64,000 nucleotides of DNA from Basidiobolus meristosporus CBS 931.73 (lineage: Eukaryota > Fungi > Basidiobolomycota). How positions within the stretch are numbered: the first letter of the stretch is position 1; every line of letters starts with the position of its first letter. The notes under the pieces are model-generated. The model had not been told where the DNA came from. It did no database searches and saw nothing but the letters and a program-made list of their open reading frames with translations. The DNA is taken from contig MCFE01000376.1 of the NCBI GenBank assembly GCA_002104905.1, positions 20,517 to 84,516 on the forward strand, written 5' to 3'. Both the position numbers and the translations under genes were made by a program. Of this stretch, positions 13,780-25,620 are shown piece by piece.

Positions 13780-14560
13780 ATGTCTAGAAAAATAGTATCC
13801 TAAAATGGAGGAATAACTTGTGCTGATTTGCTCCGCAATTCATCCATGATAAATTTAGACTCTCCAGGATTGTTGGGACGTTCTCAAATATTTCCGTTAG
13901 CAAGGACTCTGCAATGTCTGGTATTTCAAGTGATTCTCGACCAACAGTCCCTCGTAGCTCCACAGGGCCAATTCACCAACAAACGCGCCCTCACGTTACC
14001 TCCGCTCAGCCAGACCCTACTCAAGAGTATCCACCCGTCCCACAACACCAACCCGGTAAAGCAGTTTGAAGGAATTTATTCGGACTCACCAAGCCTAATT
14101 AGCGGGCTCGCTCCATAGGTTTTTTTGGACAACAGGCTGCATCGACTGCTCGTGTTTCTATCGTGAGTGTTTCTCCCAAACCAACCACCGCTGACAAACC
14201 CCCAACACTAAGAAACATCTAGGGCCATTCGTTGGGACGTGCTTTTGCAGGCTTAAGTGGAGCTGAAGAAGTACCGGTCGGCTACGACAGCGAAACCGGA
14301 GAATTGATTACAGAACCCTCCAGATTTGGAAGCCGTGCGCTTGGGTCGGCGGCTTTGTTCGGCTTAGCTGGGGCTGCTTGGAATTACCGTTCAAAGGTCA
14401 TTCGACGAGCAGGGCTTCCCTCCCTTGCTGGGCCTATGATGCCTTTAATGACCATTATCACAGTCAGTAAGTACACCAATCGAATATACCATGTGCTTTT
14501 AGCTATTAACAGTATTCTAACCACCAACAGCAACTGGTTTCCTTGGAGTCATCAATTTGT
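13780..14560 (+). CDS. Hypothetical small membrane protein, multi-exon
   Basis: Plausible splice sites join GFFGQQAASTARVSI to GHSLGRAFAGL...ALGSAALFGLAGAAWNYRSKVIRR; exon structure ambiguous and family not recognised. Confidence 0.4.
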
Positions 14561-14920
14561 CCAATTAAATAAATAGAGCATTTGTAATGGCTAGTCACCC
14601 TCTGCCTTAGTATTGCTCATTGATTGAATGACCTAATTTTGTCGGTCCACTACCAACACACGCACACACACACACATTATGTACATCATAGGGACCTCTG
14701 GTGGCCAAGCCAATCAAAAATTTTGTTTGATATGTGGTGGCCGAATATCACGGAGATTCCTCAGCATCACTGCAATCCACCACAGCGTAAAAAGAAAAAG
14801 AAATCCCGATCACAATAAACAAACTTGAGTAGTTTATTTACCGTTTCTTCTACCTTTCGTAACTCTCAGTTTTGTGTTGAGGCAGTACCCCATTTCTTGT
14901 ATTACTCTCTAAAGACTAGT

Positions 14921-16303
14921 ATGAGTTTCAACGTGCGGTCCAACGAATCCCCCATGGAATTCGAATACCAATCTCCCAACCCGAATACCGAGGATGTCTT
15001 TACTCCAAGCAAAAAGAACGATACCAAAGATCCATGTACTATCCTTTCCTAAGCTGACTGTTTGATGTGCTACATTGCTTCACTGCTCTAACCGTTTGTT
15101 TTTCTACCACAAAGTCATTTGCTTTCGTACGGTTGCACCCCAGACTGGTGGACTGTTTTCCACGCCTGTCAAACAACCCCTCTCGAATATGAACTTTGCG
15201 TTCAACTCTCCCGAGCCAGTTACCCCCAACAAATCAGAACCGGCCGACTTGGACAAACCTTCACTCCAAGAACACGACACTCCACCACCAACGGAGAAAG
15301 ATGGTCAATCTCGTTCTGTACAATTATCAAAGCGATCTGTAAGAAAGCGTAAGGCTGGCGAAAACAACCATTGGCGGGCGAAGTCTACTTCAGATCTGAG
15401 CGAAAGTGAAGAGGAGGTTTGGTTCCTTTCGTTCTAGCATCTCAAGAGGAATTTACTCTAACCTTCAACCAGTTGGTAACAAGCAATTCACTACTGGATA
15501 GTGTCACCTATAACGCGGATATGCCATATATCATCTCAGGGTTCGAATTGGTGCTCCATGTTATCTCAATGGGCCGTCTAATAGTGAAGCGTTTTGTCAA
15601 CGATTTAGGTGGTTACAACTGTTCTTCAATCTCTTTCTGATAGCGGTGATTCTTTACATTATCCTGCAATTCATTTACACCGTGCAGCGAGACATCGATA
15701 TCAAAGTAGAGGAATATTCGATGGGTACGGTGACTGGATCGATGCCAATTCACTCACGCTGAGCACTAACACCATGACAGCTATTTTGGAAGAAATAGGA
15801 AAGTGCTCCAAAGATTACATCACCAACCAATGCTCCCCCGTGGAGCTTCGTCTACCAGGCCTGAAGGACTTGTGTAATACGTGGGAGGCTTGCATGAAGC
15901 GAGACCCTACGGTTATCGGAAGGTATTTCGAGATAGTAGATTGACACGCACAGAGATTTTCTCAAGCTTCCCTTATGACGATCTAGAGCGAAGGTATCTG
16001 CCGAGACATTCGCAGAGATATTGAACAATTTCGTAGAACCGATTTCCTACAAAACGATGGTACAGTATAGTGCTCCATATGGCAGGGCAAAAACGCATGG
16101 TACTGAAGCCTTTCTTTGGATAGATCTTTTTCACTCTTTTGATATTCGGCTCCCTGTTCCTATCGAACTTCGCCTTTGGATTTCTACGCTCTCGGACCCG
16201 CAGCGATTATCAATATTACTTACAAAACGAAGCGTACCACCAACCCGCTAGAACGTGGACCACCCCGCGTCGTACCAGCTCTCGCTACATTAAGTCTCGT
16301 TGA
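14921..16303 (+). CDS. BRL1: Nuclear envelope protein Brl1/Brr6
   Basis: RDIDIKVEEYSMAILEEIGKCSKDYITNQCSP...LCNTWEACMKRDPTVIGRAKVSAETFAEILNNFVEPISYKTM is the four-cysteine Brr6-like domain, flanked by TM segments. Confidence 0.9.
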
Positions 16304-17022
16304 GCCGCACACACATCTCCCTTCATGGAACCAACATTAGTTAACACTCATCCTCATTTGTATTCTTACCAAGCGACTCGCCTCTCGTACCTTGGATTTC
16401 CCTTTATTTTAACCCGGCCGAACCTTGTAATATCGAACAATCCCCTTTTGATTCCTATATCACGATCCTTACTCATCCACTGATTAAAGTATTCGTATCT
16501 GAACCTCCAACAACCTTCCAGGTCCCAACTTTTCCCCGCCACTCCACATCGTCAAGCCATGAACGTCTACTTGCAGACGCATCCCAGGTGATGCCCGAGT
16601 CATCATGGAGTCAAAGTTACCTAGGTGGACGCACAAATAAGGGACCATTGCACTATCCATCCCACCATCCCACCATGCTAGATCATCTGAAAAGAAACAA
16701 GGGTCTTGTGATCATAACTGATGTAAAGCAACTGATTTGGAAAGCCATATGATTAGTAGATGGCTGGCATCCCATCTCGTACATGGATTTCCTTTTGACA
16801 GTCATGTGAAAATCCCCAACTGAAACAGTAACAAGTGCAGGCATCTCGCTCATTGGTCTTGGCTTTCATCTACCTTTACGGCTTGGGATGGATTTAAATG
16901 CTGTGCGGTCAGCTCCTAGGTTTCGCCTAATCTTCTCCTCATCGTCTTCCCACACTTCATTGGATCTCACCGCCCCTTTGCTTCCACTTAACAAATACCA
17001 CTATTCCTTGGAGCCCGATATC

Positions 17023-17994
17023 ATGAAGTGTGCATCACGGAAGACTGCCCTCCTATCCTCAATAGCCTCTGGGATTGTTCTCGTCGCCTCGGGGGTTTAC
17101 TGGTGGTATACGAGCAGCATGTATGTCTCGGAAGAGGCGATTTCCCATGAGGAGCAAGAAATCGTCAGCTTCGTGCACGAGGTAGGTGGCAACCTAGTTC
17201 ACCCGTCCCGATGGGCCAGTTGATTCATAGGACGTTCTGTCGGTTAGGTTCAACGCCAGAGAAATTCCCTCGCCAACCTCCTGAACCCCGTCTCGAAGAC
17301 CAAACCCGTCATGACCATCTCTTTGAAGAATGTAAGTGCAGGTCGATGTCACCTACAGCCTGGATTTTCACTAAGATTCCCGGATTTATCTTAGATCGTC
17401 GTATGGAGCCCATCCCCGGATCCGAAGTCTCCCAATTACGCATTTCTAGAGGGGACAGTCCCGATGTTGCGCACACTGTCACGCCTGTATGACCTGTATC
17501 TTTTGATGCAGATGTCCAGCCCAGAAGAGCGACAACAGATCATCCACCTGTTCACATCAGCCGGGCTGTTCAGGGCCTCGAAGCCCGGGAGGGAGGATTG
17601 GATCGACCGAAGCCGTCTGGTGTTTTGCCAAAGCCCGGAAGGGAAGGAATACATAGCTCGGAACCTTTGCTCCTTTGTACATATCGACGACGACCTAACA
17701 ACCATCCGGAACTTGACCCCGTTCGTAAAAAGATTCATTTGGGTCAGGCGGACAAGCCGGGATCGTCAATACAACTCGTTTGATACGAAGCCCTATTCGC
17801 CTCTTCATGCCAAGAATGAGCCGAAGGCTCTCAACTCGGGCCTGATGCTCGGACACGTGTCAGCCAAGTCGGTCTGGTCGGAAGTCCTGGCCTCCAATCT
17901 GGACCATCTAGAGATATGTGATGATGTAGTCAAGAGTAGCATAAACCCTAACCGATCCCTCCAGAAAACCGCCCCTTTTTACCATTCATTGTAA
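17023..17994 (+). CDS. PEX22-like peroxisomal membrane protein (plant/protist type, HAD-like fold)
   Basis: N-terminal TM (GIVLVASGVYWWY) then YDLYLLMQM...LFTSAGLF...RLVFCQSPEGKEYIARNL...VHIDDD...LTPFVKRFIWV, resembling plant PEX22 from memory. Confidence 0.6.
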
Positions 17995-18382
17995 CATTGT
18001 AAAGTTGTCCATAGATTGCCGAAGTACGTTTGGTCAGCGCCTCCCTCCAGAGTTCTTCGTGACGAAGAGGGTGCCGAAACAATCGCTTTTGTTCATTGAT
18101 GATGAAATAAATGTACACAGTCACACTTCAGAAGACTAGGAAGCGAGGATCGCTTTTTTCATTTACGAATGTACTCGAGGTCAGATGTTTGGTTGATGTT
18201 CATCGAACAAAATCAGAGAGTTTATGTTACATAGTGAGTGGGTCGTGCTCATAGAATATGTTTACAAAACAGATGAACCACACACGCACACTTACACTTA
18301 CACACACACGCGCGCACGTATATATGTAGAAAGAAGCAGACGAACTTGGTAAGAATTACAAGTACTATATATATCACCCAAG

Positions 18383-19741
18383 TTAAACCCGGGGTCGGAT
18401 CTTCTCCTTCTGCACCTGATCCATGGAGGATAACTTAGAGCCCATGGCTTGCACCGAGTCCGAGAGTAGAAGTGGTGAGCATTGGCCCTGGCTGCCGACA
18501 GGCAGTCTACCTGATGAACCCGGGAAATGGACCATCGGTGAAGTTGGGTCCTTAAGAACCAACGGAGACAAAGAAAGGTCGTTGTTCTCTGGAAGAGTCC
18601 GGAGTGAAGGCAAGGAGGTATGACGCAAAGGGTCGTCAGATCCTTTGTTCGACGGGGTTTCTTCTGGAATCAATGGTGGCGGTAGTATTAATGGGTCCAT
18701 GCTTGAAGGGTTCATTTGCAGGCTTTGTTGATAAGGGAGTGGTGAGATCCCAGGGCCCTGCAAGGGAGTGATTGGCGGCAGTTGAACCGACTGCGGTGAA
18801 TGTGTAAATGAAGATAGTGGGGTGTGTGCTTGAGTGAAAACAGGACTCCAACTGGGAGGAAAGGCTATGGGAGAATGTGAGCTAGCAGAGTGTAATGGTT
18901 CTATGGTCGTCGTGATTTTGGACACCGGGGTTGCTGAGAATGGTGGGGAAAATAGGAAGGCATCTTTGGACAACGAAGGGATTGTCCTGTCGATGAATGT
19001 TGTGCTGGGTGTCTCCGGAGTAAGGGGTACCGGGTTGGAGTGATCCGATAGATCGCTAAGCCGCCTTTCATCCTTAGGACCTCGACCATCATTGATTGCG
19101 GATGGTACTGACTCTGAAGTGATGCGCGATTGGCATGTGAGTGATGGGATGTTTAATGAGAAGGACTTTCTACGCTTGTACTCCTGGACGACATCCTCCT
19201 GACTAGGATACGTCCAGGGCTTTTTCTTGCAGAGCAAGGATGCCTCTCCATCCGCATTTAACTGAGGGGATTTTTTGGGGCCGCCGTGCCAGGATAGCTG
19301 AGGGCGCTTGACTACGCGACAGTCAGAGATTTTGAGGATTGTGAAGCCAGGGCCTTTATCTTCGTTTTCGTCCTCTTGTTCAGAGTCGACAGGAACGATC
19401 AGCGGCTCCGCCTTCTTCTTCTTCAGGGTTTGGCGCTTGTTCTGGAACCATATCTGTATGGCCCTGGTACTCATCCCAAGCTCTTTGGCAAGCGACTCGC
19501 GCGTGGCAATGTCTGGGCGTTGGTTGATTTTGAAGGAAGACTCAAGAATGGCTTGTTCTTGCTTGTTCGTGCGTCTCCTTGTCTTCCGGGAAACGGAGCT
19601 GAGATCGACACTGGCGAATTCGTCGTAATTTGTATTTACCCAGTTAAGGCGCTCTGGGTTGGTTTCTTCTATGTCAACACCATCGTTCTCTACTGCCACT
19701 TCTGACTCTATGGGTAATGCATGGTTGCTCGGTTGACTCAT
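18383..19741 (-). CDS. Homeodomain transcription factor (Yox1/Yhp1-like), single exon
   Basis: RRRTNKQEQAILESSFKINQRPDIATRESLAKELGMSTRAIQIWFQNKRQ followed by a long Pro/Ser-rich tail. Confidence 0.9.
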   Translation of the reverse strand: MSQPSNHALPIESEVAVENDGVDIEETNPERLNWVNTNYDEFASVDLSSVSRKTRRRTNKQEQAILESSFKINQRPDIATRESLAKELGMSTRAIQIWFQNKRQTLKKKKAEPLIVPVDSEQEDENEDKGPGFTILKISDCRVVKRPQLSWHGGPKKSPQLNADGEASLLCKKKPWTYPSQEDVVQEYKRRKSFSLNIPSLTCQSRITSESVPSAINDGRGPKDERRLSDLSDHSNPVPLTPETPSTTFIDRTIPSLSKDAFLFSPPFSATPVSKITTTIEPLHSASSHSPIAFPPSWSPVFTQAHTPLSSFTHSPQSVQLPPITPLQGPGISPLPYQQSLQMNPSSMDPLILPPPLIPEETPSNKGSDDPLRHTSLPSLRTLPENNDLSLSPLVLKDPTSPMVHFPGSSGRLPVGSQGQCSPLLLSDSVQAMGSKLSSMDQVQKEKIRPRV

Positions 19742-21283
19742 GGAGAGTGTTTGGAATTAGGAACTTGCAACAGGGTAAAGACCGGGGAGTGCTATCGGTA
19801 CAACAATTCGAAAACCCAGGCTAGAAGAAATGAGCTGAAAATTGGAGTGCGGGCACCATCGACCGATATATATACCAAGCAACATGTATCTAATTGGTGA
19901 TGGAGAAAAGAATCACCCTTTATTACTAATTTATATTGGATCAACTCTAATCGAGGATAAGGTTCCCTAACTTCAAATCCAATAACCAAGCAATATAAGC
20001 CATGAGTCGATGGAAGGCACTGGATTTACTTCATTTGGCATGTAGCCACAACCATAGTGTATGCTTGGATGTTTATATCTACCCGATCAAGTGTTAAGGC
20101 CTCATCGCCATTGCGTGATTCCTTCAAAGTTCACCACGCACCTTCCATAATCGCATCAATTTACTCGTTTTATCAAGAACCCTACTTCCATGCTGCATGC
20201 ACGGGTGGATTCATTGGACACGAGCTCAGTATCTTGGAAACAGAATCGATCAATCCCCATTAACTCAACTTGGCACTATTACAACGTGATTGAACAATTC
20301 GCTGCTATGGCGCTAGGTTGGAGTGAACGATGTGCTACAGCAAAAAGGCTGCATTGTGGAATCTACGTTGTTTTCAATGGCTGTGGAGATGCCTACCAAG
20401 TAGCTATGTTCCCTGGGGGTATCACTCGATCCAGATAGGGGCGGCCTAGGGTTAGGACAGCTACATGGATTCGGTCATCATTGAAAAATACATGCAGGGG
20501 CAGGCCCAGGGTGAGGAAATGTAGACTGTTCGACATGACCAGATTCTCGGACCATACACATCAAATGGAGGTAACATGTGTGAAAACGATAGGTGCAGAG
20601 GCGACATGTATGTGACACACACATAACCCGCCCAAATTGCTCAAGTGGCCATTCACAGGAGTGTAAATTGTCACGAATGGTTATGTTTCGAATATTTATG
20701 GAATCTCGAATTCCCATCACCGATAATCCTAACCGAATCTGCTCTAGTGAAGAGGCCAGTCGGGTAGTACCAACCGTCTGAGCCTGGTGAGCTTAAATGA
20801 AAAAAGTCAGTAATATTGCCAGTTTGGATAAATCTCTTCTCGATTCCGCCCTGTGCCCGATACGACGATTAGTTATTCAACCATTGAGCTCGCTTGATTA
20901 AATTTAACCCACCTGCGATCAATGTTGGCAATCATGTAGATGCCAACACGAGGCTATGTGAGGATGGGAAAGTTACACTGCACTATTCTAAACGGCTGAT
21001 ATTGGTTGCCGTCCATTGTTGCCTTTTACTGGACATTAATGTGGAAGCTGTGGCTGAACAAGGGAAACATGACATTCCATTATTGATCGAAGAGGAATGA
21101 GTATCCGGAGAAAACATGTTTCTATGAAACTGTGGATCCTTCCGTATTGTATATAAAGATGACCTCGGGCCACGTTGGTTCAGATTCTGTAAAGTCCTTT
21201 GATATCCTCACCCACAAATTCGCTTTCGACATTCGAGCAGGTTTTGTTACACGCGTGATTTTGTAGTAACGGAGTTGACCCAA

Positions 21284-21838
21284 ATGATCATTCGATTGGA
21301 GGGTTACTGGCCGTCGTTGTTTATCGTAACTTTACTCAGCCCATGTTACGTCGTAGCCGCCTACGTATTTCCATCGGAAAAGCGCTTCGATACCACCGGA
21401 GATGCGACCATGGCCTTCCTTGAAGATTGGGGCCAACCTAAGGCCCGCATCGCCATCTCTAGTTTTCAACTTGGCTGCAGTATTGTCATACCAGTTATTG
21501 CGCTGTTGACCTGTGGCTATCTTGCGTGGAAAAAGTGGAAACAGGGTCACGAAACCAAACGAAGAATCAAACTAGCCATCAAGTATTACTTCTCTAATGG
21601 AGGAAGCGGGCACGGGACTGTTGAAGAACCCCCTGTATATTCAAGACGTAGCTCTCAACCAGTACTACCGGCCCCAATAGTGAAAAAAATCGACGACGCC
21701 ATCTACAATGAGATAACAAGTACTGAACGGCCACCTAAGGCCCGAATCCTTGATAGAAATGACCCACCAATGTATACACCACCCCCAACATCACCCTCTT
21801 CGACGGCCACGTTGCCCTACAGGGGCAGCTCAATATAA
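21284..21838 (+). CDS. Hypothetical single-pass membrane protein with signal peptide and two PPxY motifs
   Basis: Hydrophobic N-terminus, TM IVIPVIALLTCGYLAW plus basic stop-transfer, cytoplasmic PPVY and PPMY. Confidence 0.6.
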   Translation: MIIRLEGYWPSLFIVTLLSPCYVVAAYVFPSEKRFDTTGDATMAFLEDWGQPKARIAISSFQLGCSIVIPVIALLTCGYLAWKKWKQGHETKRRIKLAIKYYFSNGGSGHGTVEEPPVYSRRSSQPVLPAPIVKKIDDAIYNEITSTERPPKARILDRNDPPMYTPPPTSPSSTATLPYRGSSI

Positions 21839-21904
21839 GGATAGCATTGTAATTTACTTTATTGTACGAACCAAATAAACAACCATGTACATTAAAAATC
21901 TCCT

Positions 21905-22823
21905 CTACAAAGTAAATCCATCTGATTCACTGTTAATCAACCCTTCCAAAATCATCCTGATTTCATCGATATTACCAAAAGTGCTTGGCTTGATGGGACA
22001 GGCAACCTTCACGGTGTTGCTGATGGTTGGTTTGAAGCCGGTCCAACTGATCAACGTTATATCAAGCTTGGCCTTATACTCCAGTGGGATCTTTTCCTCT
22101 GAGGCTGATTTGGTGAAGCCACAATCCTGCAACAGTCCCACTAGGGCCTCGCGAGATTCAGAACTGGCTGCGCCAAACGATAAATGGAAGGGAAGGGTGA
22201 AATTGGTGGGTCCCCGAGCTCTGAACGAAACTGAATGGGCCAATGCACCCTGGCCCACTTGAATAGCTACGCCATTCGGAGTCTTATAGTCACCCTAAAT
22301 TCAACAATCGGTTAGGTATTTGCTGACGGGAGTTTTGCAATAAGCCTATACTTACAACTACAGTGATGTTCTTCATTTTAATGCTAATGTAGTTGGGATT
22401 GGTCACTTGAAAATGCAAATCGGTATCTATATCGATCTTGAGATCATTAAGGCTTGTAGGATTCTCAAGCCACTCGGTCAATTGCTTCTCGGTTTTCGCT
22501 ATCGTTGGGAAAGTAGGATCTAGGAATTCAACCTTTGGCATGCCACGAGGCCAGCAAAAGAATGCAGCTATTCCAATAGCAATTAATATCAGGACAGTGA
22601 TCATGCCGCAGACTATTTTGGATGTCCGGCTACGACAACAGCAACAGCAGCACCGTTTTCTTGTCTTTCCAGAAGGCGGGGTTAATGTGTAGGGTTGCTG
22701 TGGGGCGTAGTAGTCGTCATTGTGGTTACTGGACGGGTCAATATGGTAGCTTTGATATTGTTGTTCGTAGTCTCCCTCTGATAGAGTTTGAAACCCTTTT
22801 CTATTAGGCTCGAAATGGCTCAT
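21905..22823 (-). CDS. LEA_2-type single-pass membrane protein
   Basis: Cys-rich RCCCCCCR, TM ending FFCWPRGMP, then FQVTNPNYISIKM and LLQDCG...IPLEY...WTGFKPTI...VACP; one intron. Confidence 0.7.
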
Positions 22824-23702
22824 TCTGGTGAAATGAAGGTAATATACAGGTTGTATGGAGGATGTGGTCGAGGGCTATCGGGTTATCTAGCTATTTAAAA
22901 CGACTACGGACGGCTTTGTCAAAAAATTACAAAAGTATGAACACTGAGCCTGTTGTTGCGGAGCTGAGTGCCTTTTAACCTAGCAGTATTCAAATTGATC
23001 TCCGACAACCCCTCGAGATCATTGGCCTTCCTAACTTGGTTAGAGTATTTATGGTAAACTAATGGTTGTTGATTTATATAGTCATCTATTCTTTCTATAG
23101 AACTGGCCCGACTCTTCCATTGAACAAATACATCTTATCGTAATCTCGGAATGGTCACCATGTTCTGAGCATTCAGTATTCAGCATACCAAATGTCTTCA
23201 TGTTATTTATGACCGCGAATGAACGCCAACTTCTATTCAACAAGACACTCCTATTCCTATATAAGGGATACATAGTCGCTTTTGATTGGTTTCGATCGTC
23301 TCCATAAGTACCGCACCGACTCCTACTACCTCTGACCTTTCTGGTGCGTTTCGTTTAAGCCTCATTGACTTTCCAACTAGAAGGTCTATTGTTAGCACAC
23401 TCCTTAATGATTAGATGAGGGATAAGCCTCAACCATCAATCCTAGCATATTTAGTGTAAACATTCAATCGCTGGTACTTTCTGACTTGAGACAGATCTTG
23501 GCAAAAATAGCTGTTACAACTCTTATCGATCCATCATGTCGTAAAAAGTCTCGCAACAGGGATTTTGCCAAAAGGCACTTACCCTGATCGTGAAAAATAG
23601 ATCGTGCGTGCCGAAAAGGTTTCTTTATATCATTGGGTTCCTTTTATGTGGGAGGAAAACATCCGCACAATCAATGGTCCGAGATTACCATATGCATTCT
23701 TT

Positions 23703-24356
23703 CTACTGTTTATTCTGAGTTTTTTCAAAGTACTCGCGCCAGCTTCCTGGATAATTACGGACACTGGTGGGGCACCCGATGGAAATGTTAGTAGATATCC
23801 CACAACTTGACCGTACCAAGTCCAACACGGAATCCACTACTTACTTGACATAGCCGGATTGCTCCATTATTTGCTTTGCCATGGCACTTCTCATGCCAGC
23901 GTGGCAATAAACAACCAAGTTGTTGTCTTTGGAAAACTTTGGAAACCCGTAGGCAGCCACGAAGTCACTATCGTCCAGCTGTAAAGCCTTTGGGATCTCC
24001 TTCAAAGGTAGGTTGATGGAGGTGGGGATTTTTCCGGACTGCACCTCGCTCCTTTCCCTGACATCGACCAGAACAACGCCCTACGGTGAGAAGCGGTAGT
24101 TGAGAAACCGTTCTTGAGAGAGCCTATTCGAAACTGAGGAAAACACTACCTTGGCCTTCTTATCTTTTACCAAGCTTGTAAGCTCCTCATATGTCACGTC
24201 CCCAGAATCAGCCCAAGTAGAGTAATTTGAGACAAACGCTGCAGAAGGAAGTGGTTTGACACGAGAGACGGAGGACAAAGTGAAGCTGGCTGAGACCCTA
24301 GGGAGAGCGGTGCCAGACAACCTAACTTTGTTGAGTATCTTATTTCCGACTTGCAT
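23703..24356 (-). CDS. Single-domain rhodanese / thiosulfate sulfurtransferase (Rdl-like), mitochondrial presequence
   Basis: VLVDVREPSEVQSGKIPTSINLP...LVVYCHAGMRS...VRNYPGSWREY. Confidence 0.9.
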
Positions 24357-25333
24357 AACGTATTCAGTAGTTAGAGAGGTGTCTCAATGCTGCTGGGGGG
24401 GGGACTAAAATAATTGTGGTATGGCGACTAGTCAAACTTTTCCATGCATATATTTGAATGGCCATTAGTTTATTGAACATTTGTGACGAAGTATATCGAC
24501 GATTCAGACTAAGTCATTCTTGATCCATGAAGTCACTTTGAAGAAGCTTCAAGTAGTCAATGCGATCCATCATCTCCACCTTTGAAACCGATTACTTGAC
24601 CACGTAACTTCAATCGGCTATCTAATCATTGTCTCCCAATCAATCAACCTGATATCGATCAGGATTACGATAGCTGTACATTCCAGGACCTCCCATCTCC
24701 TCAGTCAACCTCTAGGCGAAGCCAATCCAGAACACTATGATCTGGAAAAATTAAGTTTGGCTAGTCTGCATGCGAGACGTAAGGTAACCGGATGCGATCA
24801 AAAATTATTGTCACGAAGGTTCATGAGGATTATTGCTATTTCAGTAGAATTCGTCTTACACCCGTTCTTCAGGGATTGATCGCTTTTATTCTTGACAACG
24901 ATTAATCGAATGTGATGCGGAGTACGGCCGCTGTATAGAGCTGTAGCACACCTACGTCATGATTATGGCTGGGCAGAGGTTACCACTACGTCAGTTTCCA
25001 ACGGGTTGGCAAATCAGTGATGAGAATGAACATTACTTGTTCTACGTAACACTCTAGGATAAGTAGGCTTAGGTCACCCAAAGCGTGTATACATGCATAT
25101 CTTGGACCGGTTTTAGAGTAAAACAATTGTGAATGATTCGACTATGATGTCATTTGACTAAGATACAATGTTACAGTGTGGATGATAGTCACACCACTGC
25201 CCTTCAAGCTCCAAGGCATCCTCGTTCGTATCTTGGCTCGTCATACATGTTACTTCATATGGACGTTGTTAATATAAATGGATTTGTGATGGGTAAGGTC
25301 GCGGTTGTTATTTCAGCATTATTTTGTGGCGGT

Positions 25334-25372
25334 GAGGAGGAGGAGGAGGAGGAAGAGGAGAAGGAGAAGGGA
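25334..25372 (+). repeat. (GAG)n/GA-rich microsatellite downstream of the phosphatase gene
   Basis: gaggaggaggaggaggaggaagaggagaaggagaaggg read directly. Confidence 0.8.
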
Positions 25373-25620
25373 GGAAGATGTCGATGATGGCTATGGCGGG
25401 CGTGAAAGATAAATACTTGGAATTGGGAAAATTACAACCATAATAGTAATCAGACTGTATGCAGAATGAATGGGGCATTTAAAATGCAAAAGAAGATTGG
25501 AATAAAGCATCATAAACAAGACAACCAATGCATTATATAGAATAGAGGAGGTGATAATTCAACATAATAAAGCATAAACGAAATAAGGCACAGGTGTTCC
25601 ACGGAGGTACCCTCTTGCCA

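Noticed and set aside
13795-13858. Second possible U12 intron (GTATCCTA...TCCATGAT...TTTAG)
   Set aside because: Both signals deviate from consensus and I could not establish a reading frame across it.
19742-21283. Short ORFs in the 1.5-kb gap upstream of the homeobox gene
   Set aside because: No motifs or consistent splice structure; more likely an extended regulatory region.
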